Part shown: in pieces, positions 42,677 through 54,136 of the stretch | Layout: every line of letters begins with the position of its first letter | Numbering within the stretch: position 1 is the first letter of the stretch | NCBI RefSeq assembly: GCF_000142905.1 | Contig: NW_013657656.1 | Location: 344,991-408,990, forward strand | DNA from: Thecamonas trahens ATCC 50062 | Lineage: Eukaryota > Protista > Apusomonadida | Length of the DNA stretch: 64,000 nucleotides | Direction of reading: 5' to 3' | Translations under genes and position numbers: made by a program | Notes under the pieces: generated by a model | What the model was told of the DNA's origin: nothing | The model's input: the letters and a program-made list of their open reading frames with translations, nothing else | The model's database searches: none

Positions 42677-44813
42677 CTCGGCCGCCGCAGGAGGAGTTGG
42701 TCTGGCCAACGTGGTGGCGTGGGGCCGAGCTTTGGTGGCCTCGCATGTCTTCCCCGCGGGGATGGTTGCGGCTGCAGCGACGGCAATCGAGCCGCACACA
42801 CTGCCCTTTGCGCTTGCTGCTGGGCTTAGTCTGTGGCTGCCGGGCATGGCCATGATGCGGCCCACAGCCGCTGTGCTGGCGCTGTACGCACTGGCGCTGC
42901 TGATCTCAGCCGCTGCTGGCGCTGTCTCCTCGGGCGTGGCGGCTGCAGCTGGAGTGGCGCTTGCTCCGGCCCTCGCTCGGGCTGCCCCCGCGGCAAGGGC
43001 CGAGCAACCGCCGGCAGCGATGTATTCTGGCGTCGGGCACGTGGTGTTGGGCGCCGGAGTGCTGGCGGCTGGCGGAACGGTGGCGCCAGCCATCCTGCCG
43101 GCGATCTATGTGGTGGGCTGCGGCGTGGCGGCGGGCGTTCGCATGGGCATGCTGGCGGCTGGACTGCTCACGCCGCTTGCTGGAATGGCCACGCTCCACG
43201 CTCTGGTGGCGCATGTATGGGCGTGGCCGAGCCTGACGTCGTCGACGGCGGCGATGGTCGGCCACGGCGCGGCGTCTCCGTGGATTGCCCGCGGTGCTCT
43301 GCTTGCCGCCGTCGGTCTGCGGCTGCTTGCGCAGACGCCTCAGGTTCCGCCGATGCGGCGGGGCGTCCTCCGCTGGCTCCGGCTCGCGGCGCTGGTGGCG
43401 CTGGTAGTGCTTGCCGTCGGCCTCGACTCGGTCCTGGGCCTTGCGCTGTTTGTGACCGGCTGCGCCAACCTGGTATTCCTCCCGGGAACCCAGGCGGCGC
43501 GCTGGTTGGCGGCGGTCACCGCTGGTGTCGTCTTTGGCGTCTTTGGCTACCGCTATGTTTCGGAGCTGGGCGATGCGCCGTCGGGGACCATGTTTGTCTT
43601 TGGATTTGGCCTCCTGGCAGTAGGAAGCGCTCTTGCAAGCGTTGCGCTGCGGCTGACATGCGAAGCCGTTGACGATGACGCTGAGAGCGGCCGCGGCCGC
43701 GGCTCTGGGTCACGGTCTGTGGTGAGCAGCGCAGACTCGTCATCGCCGCTGTGGGCGCTTGGCGTCCGCGCCGTGGCGCTGACAGTGCTGCTGGCCCTTG
43801 CACTTGCACGGCCGTCGTATGTGAACGCAGCGTATCTAGCGGCGGCGATGCTGGTAGCGGCACTACCGCTGGCGACGGTGGCGCGCGGCTGGCGTCTGTT
43901 GGAGGCGTACGCGCTTGCGGCTTGCACGGTGCTGTACGCGTTGCGACAGTTTGAGGTTGTCGACTCGCTTGCTGACTACAACTCGGCCTTTGATCTGCTC
44001 TCTTGGGAGCTGCCACTCGTTGCGGTCCTGCTTCTCCTTCAGCCGGTGGTGGGACGGGTGCTTGCGGCACCGCCGCGACCGTTGCAGCTCTCGCTTGTGC
44101 AGCGGGCCGCTACTCGGCCGGCGTTGGATGTGGCGCTGGCGTTTGCGGCGCTGGGACGGTACCAGCTTGGGCTCATCTCGTGCGGCTACCTGCTCCTCAT
44201 GCTAGTCGGCGGCATCAAATCGCTACGGCGCCAGGTGCCGATGCCAGCGCTTGTCTATGCCTCGGCGGTGAGCCTGGCGCGGATTCTGCAGCATGTGTTC
44301 AAGATCGACATTTGGGACAAGGTCGGGCTGGAGGCCATCGGCGGAAGCTCCGGCGAGCACTTTGCGCGGCGGCTCGGCGACGTGGTGTGGGACGTGGCTG
44401 CAGTCGGCGCGGCGTTTGCCGCGCTACGGCACACGCTGCGTGGAGCAGAGCGCAGGCCGCCGTTCCCGGCAGGCACCTCGGTGGTCCACCGTGGCTGCCT
44501 CGGCGCACTCTGTATTCTGGCGGCACTGCAAGCACCGTCGGTGAGCGGGACGCTGTACCTGGCGGCGGCGCTGGCAGTCTTTGCCTCGCTGGAAGCATCG
44601 ACGCGGCCGCGGCTGCTGCGCAAGCTGCTCTGCGGCGGCTCTGCTGCGCACGTGGTTCTGGCAGCCACGTACCAGCTCTGGGCGACCGAGCTCGGCATCG
44701 AGAGCCGAGTCACTTTCGAGTGGCTCGGCCTGCGGGTCTTTGACGGCTCGACCTGGGCACTCTTCTCGCTCGCCACCCCGCTCAGCGTCGCCGCCCTTGC
44801 TGCCGCTGCCTAG
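42588..44813 (+). CDS. Multi-pass membrane protein with Piezo-blade-like repeats; start uncertain
   Basis: Many TMs; recurring PSxxxxxYL, WRLLEAY..LYALRQF and WLGL/KVGL units; upstream in-frame PPSLGSE x3 and GS microsatellite. Confidence 0.55.
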
Positions 44814-46396
44814 CTATGACGCGGTGTTGTAGGTCGACGTGGCGATGGCTGACGGCACGAGTCCAATCGACTCGGCGTCAGTGCCGGTCTCCGCGTGCGC
44901 GCGCGCCAGCCGCTTGTGCCACAGTGAACACTGCCAAAACGCAACCATGCACGACGCGATGCCGAGGAGCGCTGCCACAATAGTGATCGAGTCGTGGGCG
45001 AGCCGGCCCCAGTGAGCGGTTGTCCACGTCGACGGGTTCGGTGGGCGGAAGAGGGCGCCCGGCTAGCCACAAGCGGCAGGGCCGAGAGCGTAGCTTCGTC
45101 CATGGTCGCGTCGATCGCGGTTGTGTTGCTCAGGCCCAGTCCCTCGCCGAGGACCAGCGCCGTCCACTCGAGAACAAAGCAGAGCGGGGTGTTGGCGAGC
45201 GCAAAGTCTGGCTCCAACCGCTCGCGATACGTCGTGGCTGGGAGCGCGCAGACAGTGCTCGCCACCTCACGGAGTTCCGCCAGCGACGGCACGTGCGGCG
45301 CGATACTGCCGGTCGAGTTGACGTAGCTGGCGGCGGCTTGGTAGCCGCGAGCAGCGATGCCCTGGAGCGAGACGTGAGCCGCTGTAAGCGGGGCTGGGAG
45401 CGAGATGCCATCCATGCCGGCACCACTGCTCATGTTGAGAAGCGGTGCTAGCTCGGCAGCGCAGCTGGCACCGTCGGCGGAGGCACCAAGCAGGCCGAGC
45501 GGACTCGCCGAGCCGGCGCCAACAAGCGCGACAAAGGCGGTGGCGGGGAGGCAAGCGGTGGTTTGGTTGGCGTTGGAGGCGCGGACAGCGGCGGTACCAG
45601 CGGAGCGCCAGGCCAAGGCCTTGGCGCCCGGACCAAAGGCCGGCCACGCGGCTGCCATCGACGACACATACGCGCGGCAGGCAAAGGTGAGGGTGGCGTG
45701 GGTGTCGGGCAGGCCCTGCGGGGCGGCAGCGCCGACAGCAAGAAACTCCCAGGAGAAGACGACGCCCGCAACAGACGCGTCGCCGCCGGCACAAACACCG
45801 CTTGCCAGCGGATTGGCGGCCAGCCAAGCGGCAGTGCCCGGAGCCGCCGCCGGCAGCGGCAGCGTCCAATAGCCCTTGTCCTCAAACTCCGAGTCTGCGA
45901 GGAAGCCGCGGAGCCGCATGGCAGCGGCATCGACCGCCTCCGCCTCAGCAGCGCTCGTCGGCGCAATATAAGTGTATATCGGCGTGGCGTAGCGGTCGTC
46001 GAACGGGACGACGGAGCGAGCGACGGCGAGGGCGGCGGCCAGCGGCGCCGGATCGGGTGCGGTGAACGAGGGCAGCCGGACGAGACGAGCCACGACGACC
46101 ACCGCGTCCGAGACAGCCGGCGCAGCCACAAGCGGGAGCGGCGGCGGCTGAGGGTGTGAGGCGGCAGGCAGCGGCGCTCCGGAGCCCGACACGGCCGCCG
46201 GCCAGGCTGCCACAACCAGAGCGGCTTCGCCCTCGTCGGCGGCATCGGTCACCAGCACCACCGCGTGCTGGGTCGCCGGCAAGGTGTCGCGGACCGCCAG
46301 GTTGAGCACGAGCACAATGACTGCAACCACAAGCCCGCCTGCAGCTGTTCCCGCCCATCCACTCCGCGGGCTCTGTCTCCATCCGCCGCCTTCCAT
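44814..46396 (-). CDS. GDA1/CD39 (E-NTPDase)-like protein with degenerate catalytic motifs; apparent frameshift at about 45060
   Basis: N-terminal TM; AVVLVTDAA, TPIY, GVVFSW, CLP, VASTVC, LCFVLEW..VLGEGLGL in CD39 order; the -1 frame supplies a C-terminal TM and TAG at 44816-44814. Confidence 0.55.
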
Positions 46397-46752
46397 TGTT
46401 TTCCACGGCCGGGCGGTGGGGGGGGGGGGTGGGTGGGGTGGGGTCACGTGTGCTGAGTGGGCTTTGATCACGGTCGCGGTGTTTGATCAAAGGCGTGATC
46501 GATCACCGGGGTGAGAGGTGGTGGTGGTGTGTGTGTGTGTGGGGATGGATGAGGGATGAGGCGAAGAGCCCCTGAATCTGCTTGGGAGCAGGCGCCACTG
46601 GCGGGGGTGGCTGCGGTGGTGGTCGTGGTCGGAGTGGACGGAGGTGGCAGACGCAGGCCAAGACGATGTGACGGACGGGGGTGACGGGCGGCGGTGATCG
46701 GCTCGGCTGGCCACTTTACGACCTTTTTCGGACGGGCAGACGGCGAGCTGGG

Positions 46753-48177
46753 ATGTCATCGATGGGGCGGACGGGGCTTCCAGGGAGGCGACTCGGACCG
46801 CGGCAGGCATGGGGACGGCTTGTGGGCGCGAGTGAGGCTGGGGCACGTCTAGTCATCCATCTCTTGGCTCGTAAGATTGTGCTGAGCCGGCGCAGGGGCG
46901 GGGTGCGGGCAGGCGTCTCTACCGGCGGCCGCAGAGCCGAGGTGGCGGCGACGGTGGCGACGGCGGCGACACGACGGGTCCACTGGATCCGAGGCGGCGC
47001 AGGCCGAGTGGCGGTAAACGGGCGGATGCTGAGTCGTGGTGCGGCGCGTGCTCTGCTCCATGGCGACGTGGTGAGCTTTGACGGCGCCGTCCTGGTCTTC
47101 CATGACCTGACTGTGACGAGCATGCCCGGCGGCCCGGCGGCGGCGGCGCGGCTGGCGCTCTGCAGCAGGGCGCCGGGCCTGCGGCGGACGCTATCGGCGC
47201 CACAACCTGCGGCGATGGAGCCCAAGCCCTGCGATGGGGCCTTTTGGGCGCTCGACATGCGGGCGCTGATGCGGGATGGGGCGCGGGCGCGGGCGGGCAG
47301 CAGGGGGGCAGCGACCCGGCTCATCATCGAGCGGCCACATGTGGCGGAGACGTCGTATGCGGCGGCGGTGTTCAAGACTGTTGAGCTTGCATTTCGTCGC
47401 TTTGTCAACAAGGATCGGGTGTACGTGGTCGATGCGGTTGAGGTGGTCGACAATCCGCAACTCGAGGCTGCGTTTGCCGAGCATGTCGAGGCGCTGGCGG
47501 CGCGGTCACCGCCTGCCACGCTCGAGCCGCCGGATGGAGCATCGCCGCTGCAGCGCAAGACGCTCGAGTCTCTGGCGGCATCGGTGGTAGGCAATGCGCC
47601 TCGCGGGACGCATCCGATCCTGGCGTGGCACGGGACAGGGCCGGCGGCGGTCGACGCCATCTGCGCGCAGGGCTTCCGCACGGGCGTCTCGAAGGCGCGC
47701 GACAGCGGATGGTACGGGGCCGGGACGGCGTACCTCACGCAGCTGCCCAACTATGGCATGCTGTACATCAAGGACAACGCGCGTGAGCCTGGAGCCTTTT
47801 CGCTCCTCCTTTCTTGGGTCTTGATGGGCAAGGTCTACCCTGTGACCGAGGTCATCGAGGGCAAGCCGCAGATGGATGGCTTCGACTCGCACTACGTCCT
47901 CGTCGACGAGTATGAGCCGCTGCCCTCGGCCGACGCCGAGCCGACGGGCGACGAGATCGTGGTCTTTGACCCTGCTGCTGTCCTCCCGCGGTTTGTCGTC
48001 CACTTTTCGGTCTCGAATGGCAAGCCCGAGCTCGATGCCGTCACTGAGCGCGAGGCAGGCGACGCTGGTTCTGGCGGGGAGAGTGGTGATGAGCAGAGTG
48101 ACGATGAGGAGAGTGGTGATGAGGAGAGCGGTGATGAGGAGAGTGACGGACCTCCGTCGAGCTGCACCATCTCGTAG
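46753..48177 (+). CDS. FHA-like + PARP-type ADP-ribosyltransferase with C-terminal CaaX
   Basis: VAVNGRML..LLHGDVVSFDG (FHA-like); LAWHGT, DSGWYGAGTAYLT, VLMGK, GFDSH, GDEIVVFD..VLPRFVV (ART); ends SSCTIS*; start uncertain. Confidence 0.8.
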   Translation: MSSMGRTGLPGRRLGPRQAWGRLVGASEAGARLVIHLLARKIVLSRRRGGVRAGVSTGGRRAEVAATVATAATRRVHWIRGGAGRVAVNGRMLSRGAARALLHGDVVSFDGAVLVFHDLTVTSMPGGPAAAARLALCSRAPGLRRTLSAPQPAAMEPKPCDGAFWALDMRALMRDGARARAGSRGAATRLIIERPHVAETSYAAAVFKTVELAFRRFVNKDRVYVVDAVEVVDNPQLEAAFAEHVEALAARSPPATLEPPDGASPLQRKTLESLAASVVGNAPRGTHPILAWHGTGPAAVDAICAQGFRTGVSKARDSGWYGAGTAYLTQLPNYGMLYIKDNAREPGAFSLLLSWVLMGKVYPVTEVIEGKPQMDGFDSHYVLVDEYEPLPSADAEPTGDEIVVFDPAAVLPRFVVHFSVSNGKPELDAVTEREAGDAGSGGESGDEQSDDEESGDEESGDEESDGPPSSCTIS

Positions 48178-48387
48178 GCAGGAAATGACACGAAATAATT
48201 TGGAGCATGCCGTGGAGCATGCGGTGGTGCAAGCGGTGGAGCATGCAGCTGACGTGCTTGGCAGGTGTGGCGTGGCATGCCACGACAGACCTGCCGCGCG
48301 GTGCTCCGCGCCGCCCACACCGCCAGCCAAGCTTGCGGAGGTAGAGCGTTGGTGTTTGCACATCTCTCTCACACATTGTATCGAGTT

Positions 48388-49305
48388 ATGTTCCGAGTTG
48401 CTGGTGGGTGCATGCGGCTGGGCAGTGGGTTGAGCGCGGCTAGTGGTCGGTTGGCCGCTCAGGTCCACGAGGTGGCTGCCAAGGGCTTTGAGGTCAACAT
48501 CGATGCGTACGAGCGGGCGCGGCCGTCTTATCCGGAGGGAGCGGTTCGGGCTGTGGCGGCGGGGCTATGCGCGCGGGGCGGGCAAGGCGCGCCGCTAAAG
48601 GTGCTGGAGATCGGGGCCGGGACCGGCAAGTTTACCCGCCGCCTTTTGGGCGAGTTGGCCGGGCGGGCGGGCCCGGGCGGGGTATCACTGACGGCAGTGG
48701 AGCCTGCGGCGGCGATGCGGGCTGCTTTTGCTGCAGCAGTGGTGGACGCGCCCGGGGTGGTGCCCGATGGTGCCGAGGTCTCGGTGGAGGCGGGGGCGGC
48801 CGACGCGCTGCCGGCTGCTGACGGCAGCGTCGATCTGGTGGTGGTGGCACAGGCCTTCCACTGGTTCGCCAACGAGGAGGTGGTGGCCGAGATGGCGCGG
48901 GTGCTGGCGCCGGGCGGGCGGTTGGCATTGGTGTGGAACATGGAGGATCGGACGGCGCCGTGGGTGGCCTCGCTCCGCGACGCTTACGAGGTGTACGAGG
49001 GCAGCGCGCCGCAGTACCGGCAGGGGAAGTGGAAGCAGGTGTGGACGACGGCGACGGCGAAGGAGGCTTTTGCGCCGCTTGCACACGTCCAGGTGGCATG
49101 GAGCATGCCAGCAGACCTCAAGACGATCTGGGAGCGGATCAAGTCCAAGTCGTACATCTCGCTGCTCGACGACGCGAGGCGCGAGGCGCTACAGGCCAAG
49201 GTCACCGCACTTGCGCTCGAGGCGCACCCGCAGCTGGCCGAGCAAGCTGGCGCCTCGGTGGCGTATCCGTACCACACCGACGGCTACATCACGCACAAGC
49301 TGTGA
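48388..49305 (+). CDS. Class I SAM-dependent methyltransferase (Methyltransf_11)
   Basis: YERARPSYP, VLEIGAGTGKFT, AVEP, SVDLVVVAQAFHWF, RVLAPGG. Confidence 0.93.
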   Translation: MFRVAGGCMRLGSGLSAASGRLAAQVHEVAAKGFEVNIDAYERARPSYPEGAVRAVAAGLCARGGQGAPLKVLEIGAGTGKFTRRLLGELAGRAGPGGVSLTAVEPAAAMRAAFAAAVVDAPGVVPDGAEVSVEAGAADALPAADGSVDLVVVAQAFHWFANEEVVAEMARVLAPGGRLALVWNMEDRTAPWVASLRDAYEVYEGSAPQYRQGKWKQVWTTATAKEAFAPLAHVQVAWSMPADLKTIWERIKSKSYISLLDDARREALQAKVTALALEAHPQLAEQAGASVAYPYHTDGYITHKL

Positions 49306-49322
49306 GGAGAGTGTTACACGGC

Positions 49323-50690
49323 TCAGCGCTTGAGATTGTCGGCGAGCTCGGCAAGGGCGTCGTAGTAAAGGTCAGACGAGTGGTCCTTGAGCATGGTATT
49401 GGAGAGAAGCAAGTTCTCAAATGTGTCATTGGGCACCTGATGGAGTCTGTACGACTCGGAGCCGATGCAATGCAGGTGGTAGACCTTGCCGGGCGGGAAG
49501 AGATTGGTCACCTCGTCGTCTTCGAGGTCGTCGTCGTCGTCGTCAGGCCGCGGCCCGCCGCGCGGGCGAACGGCACCGGCAAGGCGGCCGGCAGCCTTGC
49601 CTGCGGCCTTGGTGCCACGGCTTGCGGCCTTGCCTGCAGCCTTACCTCCGCGAGCGGCAGACTTGCCGGCGGACGACTCGCCGGCGCGCGAGGCGGCGCC
49701 GGCCAGGGCCTTGCCGGCTCGGGTCTCCTTGGCGGCCGCCAGGGCCTCCTGCTTCCACGGCGAGTCCTTGACCTCTTGACGGAGGTTGATGAGTGCCCGG
49801 GTGGAGGCGCGTGGGACGCAGTCGTCGGCGTGGACAACGGTGGTGACGTAGTCTGCGGCAGCCTCGGCGAGGTCGAGCGAGACGGCACAAGCCGGGGCAA
49901 GGACAAACGACTCGACGTCCATAAACTCTTCCTCCTTGAGCAGAATGGCAAGAAGAGCCGCTGTTCCACCGCCGAGCGAGTGACCGACAGTCATGACCGA
50001 GTACCCGTCGTGATCATTGAGGAGGGCGTAGATGTCGTCGAGGATGTTGTTCATGAACCACGAGGCGGCGGTGTAGATGCCGCGATGGGCCTTGCCGGTG
50101 AGGCACGGCTCAAGAGCAGCGGCAGCGTCTGTGATGGCGTCTGCTGCCGAGGCGGTGCCGCGGATGCCGACAACCACCTTCTGTTTGTCGTGATCGAGGG
50201 CGAGAAAGTAGGCCGGGCGGGACTTTTGCGAGGTCCAATCGGAGCGGACAATGTCATCGGCGCTCCATCCGAGAGCCTCGACAACGGCCTCATCCGAGCC
50301 TGAGTACGTGGCGAGGATGACGCGCGACCAGTAGAGCATGTGCTTGACCAGAGCCTTGTCCTTGATGGGCTTCTCCTTGAGATACGGATGCTCGCCCGAG
50401 GCCACGGCCTCCTCCGCCTTGCGCATGTGGGCCTTGCGGAGAAAGTAGAGACCGGCGGTCAGATCGGATGGCTTCCACGGACCCATATCCCGAGTTGCTT
50501 CCAGAATGGCCTTGGCCACCGACTTCATGGTCGCATCCTCGGATGGCTCATTCGCACTCGTTCCGGCTTCCTCCTCGGCTGCCGCTGCCTCTCGAGCCAC
50601 CTTGACCTTGCTCGGCTTGGGCGGCTTCTTCTTGGGCTTGGGCGGTGGTGGTGGCTCTTCCGGCGGCGGCTTGGATGACCCACATCCCAT
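49323..50690 (-). CDS. Class 3 lipase (DAG-lipase-like), predicted N-myristoylated/palmitoylated
   Basis: MGCGSSK start; VVGIRGT, AHRGI, GHSLGGG, DCVPR, MLKDH. Confidence 0.9.
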   Translation of the reverse strand: MGCGSSKPPPEEPPPPPKPKKKPPKPSKVKVAREAAAAEEEAGTSANEPSEDATMKSVAKAILEATRDMGPWKPSDLTAGLYFLRKAHMRKAEEAVASGEHPYLKEKPIKDKALVKHMLYWSRVILATYSGSDEAVVEALGWSADDIVRSDWTSQKSRPAYFLALDHDKQKVVVGIRGTASAADAITDAAAALEPCLTGKAHRGIYTAASWFMNNILDDIYALLNDHDGYSVMTVGHSLGGGTAALLAILLKEEEFMDVESFVLAPACAVSLDLAEAAADYVTTVVHADDCVPRASTRALINLRQEVKDSPWKQEALAAAKETRAGKALAGAASRAGESSAGKSAARGGKAAGKAASRGTKAAGKAAGRLAGAVRPRGGPRPDDDDDDLEDDEVTNLFPPGKVYHLHCIGSESYRLHQVPNDTFENLLLSNTMLKDHSSDLYYDALAELADNLKR

Positions 50691-50931
50691 ACTCCTTCCT
50701 TCCTTCTCGCCTGGCAGGCTGGCCGAGTTGGGTCTGGCTCGGCCTCGGCCCCTGCTGTTCGCTGCCGACTCCTGCCCTGTGTCTCGCTGTCTGCCAAGAT
50801 GTCCGTTGAATGACGGCTGAAGTCGAAGTGAGAGTGAAGTTGTTTCGGGGGGAGGGGGGGGGGGGGGAGGGGAAAGGGGATGGATGTATGTGTGTGGTGT
50901 GGTTAGTTGTTGGCTGATTGACTTGGCTGGT

Positions 50932-52161
50932 TTAGCTGCTAAAGGCAGGGATGCCGGTGATCTGGCGGCCGAGGATGAGCTTGTGGATGGTGTCAGTGCC
51001 CTCGTAGGTCTTGACGGCCTCGAGGTTGAGGACGTGGCGGATGACGTGGTACTCGTCGGCGATGCCGTTTCCGCCGAGCATGTCGCGGGCCTCGCGGGCA
51101 ATGTCGATGGCCTTGGCGCACGAGTTGCGCTTGATGAGCGAGATCATCTCGGGGCAAAGCTCGCCGGCGTCGATGAGGCGGCCGACGCGGAGCGCGGACT
51201 GGAGGCCAAGAGCGATCTCGGTGTTCATGTCGGCAAACTTGACCTGCGAGACCTGGTTGGCGGCGAGCGGGCGGCCAAACTGCTTGCGCTCGAGCTGGTA
51301 CTCGACAGCCTTCTCCATGCAAAACTCGGCGGCGCCGAGGGTTCCCCAGGCAATGCCGTAGCGAGCCTTGTTGAGGCAGCCGAACGGGCCGCCAAGGCCA
51401 CGCGCGTTGGGCAGCAGGTTCTCGGCAGGCACCTCGACGTCGTCCATGGAGATCGAGCCGGTGATCGAGGCGCGGAGCGAGAACTTGCCGTCGATCTTGG
51501 GCGCGGTCAGGCCCGGCATGCCCTTCTCCAGGATGAAGCCGCGGATGACGCCGTCGTCGACGGTCTTGGCCCACACCACAAACACGTCGGCAATGGGCGA
51601 GTTGGTGATCCACATCTTGGAGCCTGAGAGCTTGTACGACGAGCCGTCGCTTGACGGCACCGCCCGGGTCTCCATTGAGCCCGGGTCCGACCCGTGGTTC
51701 GGCTCGGTGAGGCCAAAGCACCCGATGAGCTCGCCCGTCGCCAGCTTGGGCAAGTACTTTTCGCGCTGCGCCTCGGTGCCGTACGCGTGGATCGGGTGCA
51801 TGACCAGCGAGGACTGAACCGACATGGCCGAGCGGTAGCCCGAGTCGACCCACTCCACCTCGCGGGCAATGAGCCCGTATGCCACATGCGAGAGCCCTGC
51901 GCACCCGTAGCCGTCGATGGTGGACCCGAGCATGCCCATGGCGCCCATCTCGGCCATGATCTCCGGATCAAACCGCTCCTCGCGGTGCGCCTCCAGCACT
52001 CGCGGGAAGAGCTTCTCGCGCGTGTACCGCCGCACCGAGTCCATCACAGACACCTCCTCTTCCGTCAGCTGCTCCTCCAGCGCCAGCGGATCCTTCCAGT
52101 CGTACTTGCGCAGCGACGACGCCATCCGCGCTATCCGCCAGTACCACACCCGCACCATCAT
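50932..52161 (-). CDS. GCDH: Glutaryl-CoA dehydrogenase, mitochondrial
   Basis: [64 protein letters not shown]. Confidence 0.96.
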   Translation of the reverse strand: MMVRVWYWRIARMASSLRKYDWKDPLALEEQLTEEEVSVMDSVRRYTREKLFPRVLEAHREERFDPEIMAEMGAMGMLGSTIDGYGCAGLSHVAYGLIAREVEWVDSGYRSAMSVQSSLVMHPIHAYGTEAQREKYLPKLATGELIGCFGLTEPNHGSDPGSMETRAVPSSDGSSYKLSGSKMWITNSPIADVFVVWAKTVDDGVIRGFILEKGMPGLTAPKIDGKFSLRASITGSISMDDVEVPAENLLPNARGLGGPFGCLNKARYGIAWGTLGAAEFCMEKAVEYQLERKQFGRPLAANQVSQVKFADMNTEIALGLQSALRVGRLIDAGELCPEMISLIKRNSCAKAIDIAREARDMLGGNGIADEYHVIRHVLNLEAVKTYEGTDTIHKLILGRQITGIPAFSS

Positions 52162-52800
52162 AGCATTACTGATATGAGTCAATCGTCCCTCGCCCCATCG
52201 CCTCCATCACCTCCACGCTCCACCATCATTGGCTACTGAGTGCGGCGGAGGAGGCTGGGCCAGAGAGGAAGGACCAGCAGAGCACAAAGGCTCTGCCCGC
52301 AGTCCACCGCATGCCACCACAGCCCATCATGACAAGAAGTGTTTCCACCCTTGTAACAGCGACCTCTCTCCCCTTCCCCTCCCTGCCCCCCTTGAACCCC
52401 CTCTTCCTCTCTGCCTTCCCTGTCCCCCCCCCCCCCCTGGGCATACACACCTTCCCCGCCAAGGATCGTCCGGCTGACGTGTCAGGGATCGCCACCTCCT
52501 CCCTGCGCCCTCCCTTGTAGTTCCAAAGGTCGCAGCCCGCACACAAGCACCAACGCCAGCAAGCATGTTGAGACGAGTTGTGCCGCGTTGGCTCTGGGTG
52601 GGGTTCAGCCAGCTGACTGGAGCTGTGCGGGGCAGTTCCCCCCCCCCCCCCCTACCTCGGGGAAAGGGGGGGGGGGGGGATATTCGAGATCGGGGTTGAT
52701 CAAGTGACGCCAGAGAAGAAAGGGGAAGAAGACGAGAGGATGGTGGTGGGGACGGCTGCTGAGGGGTAGCTGGCTTGATGTCTGTCGGGAGCGGACGGAC

Positions 52801-52860
52801 GGCCGGGTACTGGCCGGGTACTGGCCGGGTACTGGCCGGGTACTGGCCGGGTACTGGCCG
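52801..52860. repeat. 11-bp tandem repeat (GGCCGGGTACT) x about 5.5
   Basis: Perfect copies visible. Confidence 0.95.
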
Positions 52861-53181
52861 CTTCGTCTCTGATTCCCGGTCGCTTGATGGCGCTTGTGGC
52901 TATTGCTTCTGGTCTCGGATCGAGCTCTCGCCTGACAACATCTTCCGATCAACCGGTGGCCGTATCGGCTCACTTCCTCGGATCTGCTGGTGCTGGCACA
53001 GTGTAGCAGCTGCGACCAAACTGCACCCTTCTCCACGACGGCATACTCGGAGAGGTCAAAGGCGTAGTCGTCGTCATCATGATCAACCTTTAAAGCCATC
53101 GATCCGATTGGTCGTCTTCATGGACGATCTCGTTGAGACGGCGGCGCGAGGACAATCAAGCACACTCGACTCGAACGCGCC

Positions 53182-54136
53182 ATGCCGAAAGCCAAGAGCG
53201 GACGAGCCAAACGCAAGGCAGCCGCGGCCGCGGTGATGCGGCGGACGACTGGACCGTCTCCTGCGGCCATTGCTACAGCTAGCACCATGAACGAAGATGA
53301 GAAGAAGCACGCTGGCCTAGTCTCACTGAGAGACGTGTTCGGTGTACGTACCGTCCGCTGCATCTCCTCCCTGCCCTGCTTACATGCTCCCTTCCCCACC
53401 GAGTGGCGGATGGGGCCGAATGATGGGCGCTCGCCTCCCATCCCTCCCCCGTTGGCGGTCATCATGCCCTGCCGACTGCACGGACTCTGCCACTCCGGAC
53501 TGTGACTCACGTACATGCGAACTGGGGGAGAGAGTGTAGGTCTCGGAAGTTGGAGCTGCAAAGGACGCACAGGATGAGCTCGAGGGCGTGGGTAACATTG
53601 ATCTCTCCATCCTGCCCAAGCGTGAGCGGCGGAGGGTCAAGGCCGCGGCGTTTGTCAAGCGGCTGGAGATCGAGGCGCAGCTGGCGAACGCCAAGGCTGA
53701 GATGCCGCTTGACCTGGCGGTCATGACCTCGACGCTTGATGAGATCCAGTCCTCGCTCGAGGAGGTCGATGCCGTCGGCAAGGCAAAGTCCGCCAAGGAC
53801 TTTAAGGGCGCTGCTGTGGCCAAACACGGTCGCACCACCCTCAAGATGCGCTCGCGGACCCGCCGCCAGGGCGTGGATCACTTTGCTCTCGTTGCTGCCC
53901 ACCCGGTCTTCCGCGACGATCCGCTGGCTGCCATCGAAGGCCACGTCCTCGCCACCGTCAAGGCCCGCAAGCCCACCCCGCGCAAGGGCAAGACAAAGTC
54001 TGGCATGGGCAAGGGTAAGGGCAAGGTCCAGAACACCCACCGTTCTGCATCGGTCAAAACCGCCCGCGCCACGCCGGGTTCTGCCCCATCGTCGCGCCGC
54101 AAGAACTTTGGCAAGTCGCAGCGCAAGCGGCGCTAA
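53182..54136 (+). CDS. SLX9: Slx9/FAM207A-like ribosome biogenesis protein; exons 53182-53343 and 53540-54136
   Basis: GTACGT...TGTAG phase-0 intron; HFALVAAHPVFRDDPLAAIEGHV resembles the Slx9 motif; basic N- and C-termini. Confidence 0.75.

Noticed and set aside
52801-52860. Regular short repeats as a CRISPR array
   Set aside because: Head-to-tail 11-mers without spacers, no cas genes, eukaryotic context
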